A stretch of DNA of 64,000 nucleotides from NCBI RefSeq assembly GCF_058153355.1, contig NZ_CM177019.1; one strand, 5' to 3'. The position numbers and the translations under genes are program-made. The notes under the pieces were generated by a model. It had not been told where the DNA came from, ran no database searches, and was given only the letters and a program-made list of their open reading frames with translations. Below are positions 33,511-46,278 of the stretch, one piece after another (the stretch's first letter is position 1; the number at the start of each line of letters is the position of its first letter).

Positions 33511-34941
33511 ATGCCAGATTTTTTCTCCTTTATTAACAGCGTCCTTTGGGGATCGGTAATGATTTACCTGCTCTTCGGCGCAGGTTGTTGGTTCACTTTT
33601 CGCACCGGTTTTGTGCAGTTTCGCTACATCCGCCAGTTTGGCAAAAGTCTTAAAAATAGCATTCATCCACAGCCAGGCGGTTTAACCTCATTTCAGTCAT
33701 TGTGTACCAGTCTTGCGGCGCGCGTGGGTAGCGGTAACCTGGCTGGCGTTGCACTGGCTATTACCGCCGGTGGACCAGGTGCCGTCTTCTGGATGTGGGT
33801 TGCCGCGTTTATCGGCATGGCGACCTCGTTTGCCGAATGTTCCCTTGCACAACTTTATAAAGAACGTGACGTTAATGGGCAGTTTCGTGGCGGACCGGCA
33901 TGGTATATGGCGCGCGGGCTGGGGATGCGCTGGATGGGCGTTCTGTTCGCCCTCTTTTTGCTCATCGCCTACGGCATAATTTTCAGCGGAGTTCAGGCGA
34001 ACGCCGTTGCCCGCGCTCTGAGTTTTTCTTTCGATTTCCCTCCGCTGGTGACAGGTATTATTCTCGCTGTCTTTGCTCTGCTGGCGATTACTCGCGGTCT
34101 TCATGGCGTCGCCCGGCTCATGCAGTGGTTTGTCCCGTTGATGGCGTTAATCTGGGTACTGACCAGTCTGGTGATTTGCGTAATGAATATCGGGCAACTT
34201 CCCCACGTCATTTGGTCTATTTTTGAGAGTGCTTTTGGCTGGCAGGAAGCGGCAGGCGGCGCGGCGGGATATACCTTAAGCCAGGCGATTACTAACGGTT
34301 TTCAGCGCAGTATGTTTTCCAATGAGGCAGGAATGGGTTCGACGCCAAACGCGGCAGCGGCAGCTGCGTCCTGGCCTCCGCATCCCGCAGCGCAAGGGAT
34401 TGTCCAGATGATTGGCATTTTTATCGACACCCTGGTCATCTGTACGGCAAGCGCCATGCTGATATTACTGGCTGGCAACGGCACAACCTACATGCCACTG
34501 GAAGGTATTCAGCTTATCCAGAAGGCGATGCGGGTGTTAATGGGTTCCTGGGGTGCGGAGTTTGTTACCCTCGTGGTTATTCTGTTTGCCTTCAGCTCCA
34601 TCGTTGCCAACTACATTTATGCCGAAAACAATCTCTTCTTCTTACGCCTGAACAACCCTAAAGCGATCTGGTGTCTGCGAATCTGCACCTTCGCAACGGT
34701 CATCGGCGGCACCTTGCTAAGTCTTCCGCTGATGTGGCAACTGGCAGATATCATAATGGCCTGCATGGCTATTACCAATTTGACCGCCATATTACTGCTC
34801 TCGCCTGTGGTTCATACCATTGCCAGTGATTATCTACGCCAGCGTAAACTCGGCGTGCGCCCGGTGTTTGATCCGTTGCGTTATCCGGATATTGGTCGCC
34901 AGCTTTCTCCGGACGCGTGGGATGATGTTTCGCAGGAGTAA
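33511..34941 (+). CDS. yaaJ: sodium:alanine symporter family transporter
   Basis: 476 aa polytopic membrane protein, MPDFFSFINSVLWGSVMIYLLFGAGCWFTFRTGFVQFRYIRQFG... Confidence 0.9.
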   Translation: MPDFFSFINSVLWGSVMIYLLFGAGCWFTFRTGFVQFRYIRQFGKSLKNSIHPQPGGLTSFQSLCTSLAARVGSGNLAGVALAITAGGPGAVFWMWVAAFIGMATSFAECSLAQLYKERDVNGQFRGGPAWYMARGLGMRWMGVLFALFLLIAYGIIFSGVQANAVARALSFSFDFPPLVTGIILAVFALLAITRGLHGVARLMQWFVPLMALIWVLTSLVICVMNIGQLPHVIWSIFESAFGWQEAAGGAAGYTLSQAITNGFQRSMFSNEAGMGSTPNAAAAAASWPPHPAAQGIVQMIGIFIDTLVICTASAMLILLAGNGTTYMPLEGIQLIQKAMRVLMGSWGAEFVTLVVILFAFSSIVANYIYAENNLFFLRLNNPKAIWCLRICTFATVIGGTLLSLPLMWQLADIIMACMAITNLTAILLLSPVVHTIASDYLRQRKLGVRPVFDPLRYPDIGRQLSPDAWDDVSQE

Positions 34942-35010
34942 TCACAACTATCGATCAACTCATTCTCTTTTTTTGCTAAAGTCGGCATAAATTTCCTGCA
35001 AGGACTGGAT

Positions 35011-35787
35011 ATGCTGATTCTTATTTCACCTGCGAAAACGCTCGATTACCAAAGCCCGTTGCCCACCACGCGCTATACGCTGCCGGAGCTGTTAGACAAC
35101 TCCCAGCAGCTGATCCATGAAGCGCGGAAACTGACGCCTCCGCAGATTAGCACCCTGATGCGCATCAGCGACAAACTGGCGGGCATCAACGCCGCTCGCT
35201 TTCATGACTGGCAGCCAGATTTCACGCCAGAGAATGCCCGACAGGCGATTCTGGCATTTAAAGGTGATGTCTATACTGGCTTGCAGGCCGAAACCTTCAG
35301 CGAAGACGATTTTGATTTTGCCCAACAGCATTTGCGAATGCTTTCCGGCTTGTATGGCGTACTGCGCCCGCTCGATTTAATGCAGCCTTATCGTCTGGAA
35401 ATGGGGATCCGTCTTGAGAATGCCCGAGGGAAAGATCTGTATCAATTCTGGGGAGATATCATCACCAACAAGCTGAACGAGGCGCTCGCAGCACAAGGCG
35501 ATAATGTGGTGATTAATTTGGCGTCAGATGAGTATTTTAAATCGGTGAAGCCGAAGAAATTGAATGCCGAGATTATCAAGCCAGTGTTCCTCGATGAGAA
35601 GAACGGCAAATTTAAGATAATCAGCTTCTACGCTAAGAAAGCACGCGGTCTGATGAGTCGTTTCATTATTGAAAATCGGCTGACCAAACCAGAGCAACTG
35701 ACTGGTTTTAATAGCGAAGGTTACTTCTTTGATGAAGCTTCCTCCAGTGATGGGGAACTGGTGTTTAAACGCTACGAGCAGCGTTAA
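35011..35787 (+). CDS. yaaA: peroxide stress resistance protein YaaA (UPF0246)
   Basis: 258 aa, [41 protein letters not shown]... Confidence 0.92.
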   Translation: MLILISPAKTLDYQSPLPTTRYTLPELLDNSQQLIHEARKLTPPQISTLMRISDKLAGINAARFHDWQPDFTPENARQAILAFKGDVYTGLQAETFSEDDFDFAQQHLRMLSGLYGVLRPLDLMQPYRLEMGIRLENARGKDLYQFWGDIITNKLNEALAAQGDNVVINLASDEYFKSVKPKKLNAEIIKPVFLDEKNGKFKIISFYAKKARGLMSRFIIENRLTKPEQLTGFNSEGYFFDEASSSDGELVFKRYEQR

Positions 35788-35799
35788 GTTTGCATAAAT

Positions 35800-35833
35800 G
35801 CCGGATGCGGCGTGAACGCCTTATCCGGCCTAC
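35800..35833. repeat. REP element downstream of yaaA (one half of the BIME hit by the IS)
   Basis: gccggatgcggcgtgaacgccttatccggcctac, canonical REP sequence. Confidence 0.8.
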
Positions 35834-35928
35834 AAAAGCATGCAGATTCAATATATTGCAGAATTAACGTAGATACTGTTATGGCCTGCAAGTTTTTTTC
35901 TACCCCGGTTTCCCAGATTGCAGGCATG

Positions 35929-37195
<1,267 letters not shown>

Positions 37196-37218
37196 GATTG
37201 TTACCCGGCATTTGTCAT

Positions 37219-37515
37219 TTAGCGGTGATGTTTGCCTGGACCATGACCGCCGTGATGATCATGAGGAGCTTTCTTATGGTGGCGCGGCGGTGGCGGCGGT
37301 CCGTGTGGGTGCCAGCGATTGCCTCGCCATTCATAATGTTGTTTCCACCAGCCGTGGTCGCGCCAGTGACCGCCATCCCAGTAATAGCCACGATTATCAC
37401 GATCGCCTATCTGTAATTTTACTGACGGGACTAACGTAATTTCCGCAGCCTGTGCTGCCATGGGAGCGACCAGAACCAGGGAAAGTGCGAGTACGATAGA
37501 TTGCATCTTTTTCAC
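37219..37515 (-). CDS. yaaX: small secreted His/Pro/Trp-rich protein YaaX (DUF2502)
   Basis: 98 aa, [57 protein letters not shown]... Confidence 0.85.
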   Translation of the reverse strand: MKKMQSIVLALSLVLVAPMAAQAAEITLVPSVKLQIGDRDNRGYYWDGGHWRDHGWWKQHYEWRGNRWHPHGPPPPPRHHKKAPHDHHGGHGPGKHHR

Positions 37516-37728
37516 AGGTTACTCCTTTTATCATTGCCCGTTATGGGTCGATATCCGGAGATTACGCGATGAGAACGGCGGTTGTTATTCTCCGCAATCC
37601 TAATCTCTAAGTTACCGCATTTATTGAGAATTTCTCCTTTTTTCCTGTCGTTTTTCTCCATATTTTCTTCATAAAAAAGCCGGGCTGTATAAAAGCAAAC
37701 CCGGCCTGATTGAGATAATGAATAGATG

Positions 37729-39015
37729 TTACTGATGATTCATCATCAATTTACGCAACGCAGCAAAATCGGCGGGCAGATTATGCGAAAGCAAGGGTAA
37801 ATCAGCACGTTCTGCCAGCTCTTTTGGCAGATCCAATGTTTCACCGAGAATCGCTTCCACGCTCTCTTTAAATTTCGCCGGATGCGCGGTGCCGAGGAAC
37901 AAGCCATATTCGCCTGGATGCAACTGGTCACGCAGCGCACGATAAGCTACGGCAGCGTGCGGCTCCGAGGTATAGCCCAGTTCTTTTAACTCACGCATTG
38001 TCTGTTGCGTGGTTTCATCATCTACGGCTGCATAACCCAGCTCTTTCAGTTGCCAGATTTTGCGGCGGAACAACTCTTCCACACGCGGCCAGTTGTTCGG
38101 TTGACTCACGTCCATCGCATTGGATAATGTCGCCTGAGTCGCTTTAGGGGACCACTGCCCGTCGTGCAGGAAACGCGGCACGGTATCGTTCACGTTAGTG
38201 GCAGCGATAAAACGCTTCACCGGCAGGCCAAGAGATTTCGCCAGCAGGCCCGCAGTCAAATCGCCGAAGTTACCGCTCGGCACCGAGACAACCAGCTGGT
38301 TGCGCGCTTCCTGCGGCAGCTGCGCAACAGCTTCAAAGTAGTAGCAAATCTGCGCCAGCAAACGGCTGATGTTAATGGAGTTAGCAGAGTTTAGCCCCAG
38401 CGCCACTTTCAGTTCTTCATCATCAAACGCCTGCTTCACCAGCGCCTGACAGGCATCGAAATCGCCGTCGATGGCAACAGTTTCAATATTGCCGCCCAAT
38501 GTACAGAACAGTTTTTCTTGCAGTGGACTGATTTTGCCTCTTGGATAGAGGATAACCACTTTCACATTCGGTAAACCGTAGAAAGCATGAGCCACTGCCG
38601 CTCCAGTATCACCGGAGGTCGCGGTCAGAATGGTCACTGGCTTATCGCCCGCAATATGGGTCAGCATTTGTGCCATAAAGCGACCGCCGAAATCTTTAAA
38701 TGCCAGCGTTGGCCCGTGAAACAATTCCAGACAACCGACATCGCTTTCTACATTGGCGACCGGAGCCGGGAAGGCAAACGCCGCGCGCACGCGCTCTTCC
38801 AGTATTTCCTGCGGGATCTCATCACCAATAAACGCCGAGAGGATCTTCGCACTGCGGGTGACAAAATCCAGTTTCAGCATCTCATCAATTTCAGTCAGGC
38901 TGAATTCCGGCAGGTCGTGCGGGAAAAACAGCCCCTGATTTTTGCCCAACCCCTGGGTTACGGCTTGCGCAAAGCTGACCTGCTCATTGTGATCTTTCAG
39001 ATTGTAGAGTTTCAT
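37729..39015 (-). CDS. thrC: threonine synthase
   Basis: 428 aa, MKLYNLKDHNEQVSFAQAVTQGLGKNQGLFFPHDLPEF... Confidence 0.95.
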   Translation of the reverse strand: MKLYNLKDHNEQVSFAQAVTQGLGKNQGLFFPHDLPEFSLTEIDEMLKLDFVTRSAKILSAFIGDEIPQEILEERVRAAFAFPAPVANVESDVGCLELFHGPTLAFKDFGGRFMAQMLTHIAGDKPVTILTATSGDTGAAVAHAFYGLPNVKVVILYPRGKISPLQEKLFCTLGGNIETVAIDGDFDACQALVKQAFDDEELKVALGLNSANSINISRLLAQICYYFEAVAQLPQEARNQLVVSVPSGNFGDLTAGLLAKSLGLPVKRFIAATNVNDTVPRFLHDGQWSPKATQATLSNAMDVSQPNNWPRVEELFRRKIWQLKELGYAAVDDETTQQTMRELKELGYTSEPHAAVAYRALRDQLHPGEYGLFLGTAHPAKFKESVEAILGETLDLPKELAERADLPLLSHNLPADFAALRKLMMNHQ

Positions 39016-39948
39016 TTAGTTTTCCAGTACTCGTGCGCCCGCCGTATCCAGCCGGCAAATATGAACAAAACCTTCCTGATTTTGCAGGTAGTTCTTACCC
39101 AACCAGTCGGCAACGCGCTGGGCGGTATCCGGCTTGTCACACAGAGCGAACAAAGTCGGGCCGGAGCCGGAGATACCGCTCGCTACCGCGCCGATTTCCG
39201 CGACCGCCTGCCGCGCCTGCCGGAAGCCTGGCAGTAACCGTTCACGGTAGGGTTCAGCGATAACATCTTTCATCAGCTTCGCGGCAAGCTCAGGCTGACG
39301 GGAATAGCAGGCGTGAATGAAGCCTGCCAGATGTCGCCCGTGCGCAATGCAATCCTGGCGGCGATACTGCGCCGGTAAAATCGCCCTGGCTTCTGCCGTC
39401 GAGACTTTAATCCCCGGATATGCCAGCACCCACAGCCACTCATCAAACCCAGGCACTTGCTGGCTGATGATGTCGTTTTCTTCGATCATCAACTGCATAC
39501 CACCAAGAAAACACGGTGCCACGTTGTCGTAATGAATGCTGCCGGAGATACGCCCTTCCAGCTCGCCCATCAAAGCCAGCAAACGGGTGTCATTAAGCGG
39601 CTTGCCGCAATGTTCATTCATCGCCATCAGCGCCGCCACCACCGAACAAGCGCTGGATCCTAAACCCGAACCGATCGGCATATTCTTTTCCAGCGTCATT
39701 GCCACTGGAATTTGCTTGCCCAGCTCCTGGCAAAAACGCTCCCAGCACTGATAAACGATATTTTCCCTTGGTTCTGACGGCAGCTTATCGGCAAAGCGTC
39801 CGAGATTGTTGAGACTGAATGTCTCTGCCGCCTCAACCGTTACTACATCTCCGAGCAATGCACCATCAACAGGTGTCACCGCCGCCCCGAGCACATCAAA
39901 CCCGACGCTCATATTGGCACTGGAAGCCGGGGCATAAACTTTAACCAT
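39016..39948 (-). CDS. thrB: homoserine kinase
   Basis: 310 aa, [34 protein letters not shown]... Confidence 0.95.
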
Positions 39949-39949
39949 G

Positions 39950-42412
39950 TCAGACTCCTAACTTCCATGAGAGGGTACGTAGCAGATCGGCAAAGACACC
40001 AGCAGCTGTAACGTCATTGCCCGCGCCATATCCGCGCAGAACCAACGGCAGCGGCTGATAATAGTGGCTATAGAAGGCCAGGGCGTTTTCGCCATTTTTC
40101 ACTTTGAACAGCGGATCATTGCCATCCACTTCGGCAATCTTCACGCGGCAGATGCCATCTTCATCAATATTGCCAACATAGCGCAAAACTTTGCCCTCAT
40201 CACGAGCCTTCGCCACGCGTGCGGCAAAGAGATCGTCGAGCTGTGACAGATTCGCCATAAAAGCTGCAACATCACCCTCTGCGTTAAACTCTGCGGGCAG
40301 CACAGGTTCAATTTCAATATCCGCCAGTTCCAGTTCACGTCCCGTTTCACGGGCGAGAATCAATAGCTTACGCGCCACATCCATACCAGAAAGATCATCT
40401 CGCGGGTCCGGTTCGGTATAACCCATTTCCCGCGCCAGCGTGGTCGCCTCAGAGAAACTCATGCCTTCGTCTAACTTGCCGAAGATATAAGAAAGCGAAC
40501 CGGAAAGAATGCCGGAGAACTTCATTAATTCATCACCTGCGTTGAGCAGATTTTGCAGGTTCTCAATAACCGGTAATCCAGCCCCAACGTTAGTGTCATA
40601 GAGGAATTTACGCCGCGATTTTTCCGCCGCATAACGCAACTGATGGTAGTAATCCATCGACGAGGTGTTGGCCTTTTTGTTTGGCGTAACCACGTGGAAA
40701 CCTTCGCGCAGGAAGTCAGCATACTGATCCGCCACCGCCTGGCTGGAGGTACAGTCGACAATCACCGGATTCAGCAAATGATATTCTTTCACCAGGCGAA
40801 TTAAGCGCCCGAGGTTAAACGGCTCTTTGGCTTGCGCCAGTTCTTCCTGCCAGTTCTCCAGATTAAGGCCATGCACATTGGTGAGCAGAGCCTTTGAGTT
40901 GGCAACGCCGCAGACACGTAAGTCGATATGTTTATTCTTCAGCCAGCTTTGCTGGCGCTTCAGTTGCTCCAGCAGCGCACCGCCAACACCACCGACGCCA
41001 ATCACAAACACTTCGATAACCTGATCGGTATTGAACAGCATCTGGTGGGTAACGCGCACGCCAGTGGTCGCATCATCGTTATTTACCACGACAGAGATTG
41101 AGCGTTCAGAAGATCCCTGAGCAATGGCGACAATGTTGATATTGGCGCGGGCCAGCGCGGCAAAGAATTTCGCCGAGATCCCACGCAAGGTGCGCATACC
41201 ATCACCTACCACCGAGATAATGGCTAGCCGTTCCGTCACCGCCAGCGGCTCCAGCAAGCCTTCCTTCAGTTCAAGATAGAACTCTTCCTGCATCGCCCGT
41301 TCAGCTCGCACACAGTCGCTTTGTGGAACGCAGAAACTGATACTGTATTCAGAAGACGATTGCGTAATCAGCACCACTGAAATGCGAGCGCGTGACATTG
41401 CCGCAAAGACGCGCGCCGCCATGCCGACCATCCCTTTCATTCCCGGACCGGATACGCTAAACATTGCCATGTTATTCAGATTGGAAATGCCCTTGACTGG
41501 TAATTCGTCTTCATCACGGCTGGCGCCAATGAGCGTACCTGGTGCTTGAGGATTTCCGGTGTTTTTAATCAGGCAAGGGATCTGGAACTGAGCGATGGGG
41601 GTAATGGTGCGGGGGTGAAGAACTTTAGCGCCGAAGTAGGAAAGCTCCATCGCTTCCTGATAGGACATCGACTTCAACAACCTCGCATCGGGCACCTGAC
41701 GCGGGTCGCAGGTATAGACCCCGTCAACGTCCGTCCAAATCTCGCAACAATCGGCGCGTAAACAGGCAGCCAGTACCGCGGCGGAGTAGTCGGAACCGTT
41801 ACGTCCAAGCACCACCAGTTCGCCTTTTTCATTACCCGCAGTGAAACCTGCCATCAGCACCATGTGGTCAGCCGGAATGCGGCTTGCCGCAATACGGCGG
41901 GTGGACTCAGCAATATCGACGGTAGATTCGAGGTAATGACCGACTGCCAGCAGTTTTTCGACCGGATCGATTACGGTAACGTTGTGACCACGCGCTTCTA
42001 AAACTCCGGCCATAATGGCGATCGACATTTTCTCGCCACGGCAAATCAGTGCCGCGTTGATGCTATCCGGGCACTGCCCTAACAAACTAATACCATGCAG
42101 GACATGTTTAATTTGGGCAAATTCCTGGTCGACGAAAGTTTTCAGCTGCGCCAGCGGGAATCCCGGCTGGGCGGCGGCGAGTCCCGTCAGAAGTTCGGCA
42201 AAAATACGTTCGGCATCGCTGATATTGGGTAAAGCATCCTGGCCGCTAATCGTTTTTTCAATCATCGCCACCAGGTGGTTGGTGATTTTGGCGGGGGCAG
42301 AGAGGACGGTGGCCACCTGCCCCTGCCTAGCATTGCTTTCCAGAATATCGGCAACCCGCAGAAAACGTTCTGCATTTGCCACTGATGTACCGCCGAACTT
42401 CAACACTCGCAT
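39950..42412 (-). CDS. thrA: bifunctional aspartokinase I / homoserine dehydrogenase I
   Basis: Track ORF 39950..42454 trimmed to [33 protein letters not shown]... (820 aa); the in-frame upstream extension runs into the attenuator. Confidence 0.95.
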
Positions 42413-42438
42413 GGTTGTTACCTCGTTACCTTTGGTCG

Positions 42439-42475
42439 AAAAAAAAGCCCGCACTGTCAGGTGCGGGCTTTTTTC
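42439..42475 (-). terminator. thr operon attenuator (rho-independent terminator)
   Basis: Minus strand reads AAGCCCGCACCTGACAGTGCGGGCTTTTTTTT between thrL and thrA. Confidence 0.85.
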
Positions 42476-42492
42476 TGTGTTTCCTGTACGCG

Positions 42493-42561
<69 letters not shown>

Positions 42562-42771
42562 TGTTGTGTACTCTGTAATTTTTATCTGTCTGTGCGCTAT
42601 GCCTATATTGGTTAAAGTATTTAGTGACCTAAGTCAATAAAATTTTAATTTACTCACGGCAGGTAACCAGTTCAGAAGCTGCTGTCAGAGACTCTTTTTT
42701 TAATCCACACAGAGACATATTGCCCGTTGCAGTCAGAATGAAAAGCTGAAAAATACTTACTAAGGCGTTTT

Positions 42772-43458
42772 TTATTTGGTGATATTTTTTTCAATATCAT
42801 GCAGCAAACGATGCAACATTGCCGTGTCTCGTTGCTCTAAAAGCCCCAGCCGTTGTTGTAACCAGTCGACCAGTTTTGTGTCATCTGCCACTGCCAGGGT
42901 CGTCAGCAATGACATGGCTCGTTCGCGTAAAGCTTGCAGTTGATGTTGGTCTGCCGTTGTGTCACTTTTGGCCGGTTGTTGTATTAATGTTGCTAATTGA
43001 TAGCAATAAACCATCACCGCCTGTCCCAGATTCAGCGAAGGATAATCTGCCACCATCGGCACACCAGTAAGAACGTCAGCCAAGGCTAACTCTTCGTTAG
43101 TCAGCCCGGAATCTTCGCGACCAAACACCAGCGCTGCATGGCTCATCCACGAGGATTTTTCCTCTAACAGCGGCACCAGTTCCACCGGCGTGGCGTAGTA
43201 ATGATATTTCGCCCGACTGCGTGCAGTGGTGGCGACAGTGAAGTCGACATCGTGTAACGATTCAGCCAGAGTTGGGAAAACTTTAATATTATCAATAATA
43301 TCACCAGATCCATGTGCGACCCAGCGGGTAGCTGGCTCCAGGTGTGCCTGACTATCGACAATTCGCAGCTCGCTAAACCCCATCGTTTTCATTGCCCGCG
43401 CCGCTGCCCCAATATTTTCTGCTCTGGCGGGTGCGACCAGAATAATCGTTATACGCAT
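42772..43458 (-). CDS. lasT: SpoU-family tRNA/rRNA methyltransferase
   Basis: 228 aa, MRITIILVAPARAENIGAAARAMKTMGFSELRIVDSQAH... (SPOUT fold); K-12 position of yjtD/lasT. Confidence 0.85.
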   Translation of the reverse strand: MRITIILVAPARAENIGAAARAMKTMGFSELRIVDSQAHLEPATRWVAHGSGDIIDNIKVFPTLAESLHDVDFTVATTARSRAKYHYYATPVELVPLLEEKSSWMSHAALVFGREDSGLTNEELALADVLTGVPMVADYPSLNLGQAVMVYCYQLATLIQQPAKSDTTADQHQLQALRERAMSLLTTLAVADDTKLVDWLQQRLGLLEQRDTAMLHRLLHDIEKNITK

Positions 43459-43857
43459 ATTGCCACTCTTCTTGACCTAATAACCGCGCACAGGGTGATC
43501 ATTGTCAACTTATTACGCGGATCGAATTTACAAACTCTTAACGTAAGTCGCAGAAAAAGCCCTTCACTTAGCTTAAAAAAGACTAAACTATTTCATGACT
43601 GTACTAATGGTTGAATTGTTAAAAAATGCTACATATCCTTCTGTTTACTTAGGATAATTTTATAAAAAATAAATCTCGACAATTGGATTCACCACGTTTA
43701 TTAGTTGTATGATGCAACTAGTTGGATTATTAAAATAATGTGACGAAAGCTAGCATTTAGATACGATGATTTCATCAAACTGTTAACGTGCTACAATTGA
43801 ACTTGATATATGTCAACGAAGCGTAGTTTTATTGGGTGTCCGGCCCCTCTTAGCCTG

Positions 43858-43998
43858 TTATGTTGCTGTTAAAATGGTTAGGATGACAGCCGTTTTTGAC
43901 ACTGTCGGGTCCTGAGGGAAAGTACCCACGACCAAGCTAATGATGTTGTTGACGTTGATGGAAAGTGCATCAAGAACGCAATTACGTACTTTAGTCAT
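43858..43998 (-). CDS. yjjY: small protein YjjY
   Basis: Minus-strand 46-codon ORF MTKVRNCVLDALSINVNNIISLVVGTFPQDPTVSKTAVILTILTAT, below the track's length cutoff; read manually from the sequence. Confidence 0.6.
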   Translation of the reverse strand: MTKVRNCVLDALSINVNNIISLVVGTFPQDPTVSKTAVILTILTAT

Positions 43999-44093
43999 GT
44001 TACGCCGATCATGTTAATTTGCAGCATGCATCAGGCAGGTCAGGGACTTTTGTACTTCCTGTTTCGATTTAGTTGGCAATTTAGGTAGCAAAC

Positions 44094-44810
44094 ATGCAGA
44101 CCCCGCACATTCTTATCGTTGAAGACGAGTTGGTAACACGCAACACGTTGAAAAGTATTTTCGAAGCGGAAGGCTATGATGTTTTCGAAGCGACAGATGG
44201 CGCGGAAATGCATCAGATCCTCTCTGAATATGACATCAACCTGGTGATCATGGATATCAATCTGCCGGGTAAGAACGGTCTTCTGTTAGCGCGTGAACTG
44301 CGCGAGCAGGCGAATGTTGCGTTGATGTTCCTGACTGGCCGTGACAACGAAGTCGATAAAATTCTCGGCCTCGAAATCGGTGCAGATGATTACATCACCA
44401 AACCGTTCAACCCGCGTGAACTGACTATTCGTGCACGCAACCTGCTGTCTCGTACCATGAATCTGGGTACTGTCAGCGAAGAACGTCGTAGCGTTGAAAG
44501 CTACAAGTTCAATGGTTGGGAACTGGACATCAACAGCCGTTCGCTGATCGGCCCTGATGGCGAGCAGTACAAGCTGCCGCGCAGCGAGTTCCGCGCCATG
44601 CTTCACTTCTGTGAAAACCCAGGCAAAATTCAGTCCCGTGCTGAACTGCTGAAGAAAATGACCGGCCGTGAGCTGAAACCGCACGACCGTACTGTAGACG
44701 TGACGATCCGCCGTATTCGTAAACATTTCGAATCTACGCCGGATACGCCGGAAATCATCGCCACCATTCACGGTGAAGGTTATCGCTTCTGCGGTGATCT
44801 GGAAGATTAA
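44094..44810 (+). CDS. arcA: aerobic respiration control response regulator ArcA
   Basis: 238 aa, [43 protein letters not shown]... (OmpR-family receiver plus winged helix). Confidence 0.97.
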
Positions 44811-44826
44811 TCGGCTTTACCACCGT

Positions 44827-44863
44827 CAAAAAAACGGCGCTTTTTAGCGCCGTTTTTATTTTT
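44827..44863. terminator. bidirectional rho-independent terminator between arcA and creD
   Basis: aaaaacggcgc-ttttt-agcgccgttttt: palindromic hairpin flanked by A and T runs, between convergent genes. Confidence 0.8.
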
Positions 44864-44868
44864 CAACC

Positions 44869-46221
44869 TTATTTCCAGATACGTAACTCATCGTCCGTTG
44901 TAACTTCTTTACTGGCTTTCATTTTCGGCAGTGAAAACGCATACCAGTCGATATTACGGGTCACAAACATCATGCCGGCCAGCGCCACCACCAGCACACT
45001 GGTTCCCAACAACAGCGCGCTATCGGCAGAGTTGAGCAGTCCCCACATCACACCATCCAGCAACAACAGCGCGAGAGTAAACAACATGCTGTTGCGCCAG
45101 CCTTTTAATACCGCCTGCAAGTAAATACCGTTCATTAACGCCCCTATCAGGCTGGCGATTATCCATGCCACGGTAAAACCGGTATGTTCAGAAAGCGCCA
45201 GCAAGAGCAAATAAAACATCACCAATGAAAGCCCCACCAGTAAATATTGCATCGGGTGTAAACGTTGAACGGTAAGCGTTTCAAAAACAAAGAAGGCCAT
45301 AAAAGTCAGCGCAATCAGCAAAATAGCGTACTTAGTCGCCCGATCCGTTAATTGGTATTGATCGGCTGGCGTCGTCACTGCGACGCTAAACGCCGGGAAG
45401 TTTTCCCAGCCGGTATCATTACCTGAAGCAAAACGCTCACCGAGATTATTAGCAAACCAGCTGCTTTGCCATTGCGCCTGAAAACCAGACTCGCTGACTT
45501 CCCGTTTGGCTGGCAGAAAATCACCTAAAAAACTGGGATGCGGCCAGTTGCTGGTTAAGGTCATTTCGCTATTACGCCCGGCAGGCACCACAGAAAGATT
45601 GCCGGTACCGCTTAAATTCAGCGCCATATTCAGCTTCAGGTTCTGCTTCCGCAAGTCCCCTTCGGGTAAAGGGATATGCACGCCCTGCCCGCCTTGCTCT
45701 AACCCGGTACCGGGTTCAATGGTCAGCGCCGTTCCGTTAACGTCAGGTGCTTTCACCACACCTATACCACGCGCATCCCCGACGCCAATCACAATAAATG
45801 GCTTGCCTAAGGTGATATTTGGCGCATTGAGTTCGCTAAGACGCGAAACATCAAAATCGGCTTTTAGCGTTAAATCACTATGCCAGACCTGACCGGTATA
45901 AATCCCAATCTTGCGTTCTTCCACGTTCTGATTGCCATCAACCATCAATGACTCAGGTAACCAAAAATGGATAAAACTTCGTTTCCGCTCCACGGTTTTA
46001 TCCTCTTCCTGCACCGTATAAAGCTCGGTCACAGGAATAGCGATGAGCGGTCCAACAAGTTTCTGCGGCCCGCTGGTACTTTGCCGAATCGCATCTTCCA
46101 CATCGCTACGATAATCGGCACGTTCGACAATCACCTGCCGAATCAGCATTATCGGAATCAACAACAGCAATACTGCAGCAAACAGGGGGGTCATTTTCCA
46201 GAACAGGGGGGATTTCAACAT
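44869..46221 (-). CDS. creD: inner-membrane protein CreD
   Basis: 450 aa, MLKSPLFWKMTPLFAAVLLLLIPIMLIRQVIVERADYR... Confidence 0.9.
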   Translation of the reverse strand: MLKSPLFWKMTPLFAAVLLLLIPIMLIRQVIVERADYRSDVEDAIRQSTSGPQKLVGPLIAIPVTELYTVQEEDKTVERKRSFIHFWLPESLMVDGNQNVEERKIGIYTGQVWHSDLTLKADFDVSRLSELNAPNITLGKPFIVIGVGDARGIGVVKAPDVNGTALTIEPGTGLEQGGQGVHIPLPEGDLRKQNLKLNMALNLSGTGNLSVVPAGRNSEMTLTSNWPHPSFLGDFLPAKREVSESGFQAQWQSSWFANNLGERFASGNDTGWENFPAFSVAVTTPADQYQLTDRATKYAILLIALTFMAFFVFETLTVQRLHPMQYLLVGLSLVMFYLLLLALSEHTGFTVAWIIASLIGALMNGIYLQAVLKGWRNSMLFTLALLLLDGVMWGLLNSADSALLLGTSVLVVALAGMMFVTRNIDWYAFSLPKMKASKEVTTDDELRIWK

Positions 46222-46278
46222 AGTCTTCTCCTTTGCAAGGACCGCAGGTTACAAAGGCTATGTGGGAAGAATTTGAAG

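Noticed and set aside
37198-37439. Short + strand ORFs (72 and 75 aa) overlapping yaaX
   Set aside because: Opposite-strand shadows of the His/Pro-rich yaaX coding region; the repetitive codon composition creates open frames on both strands.
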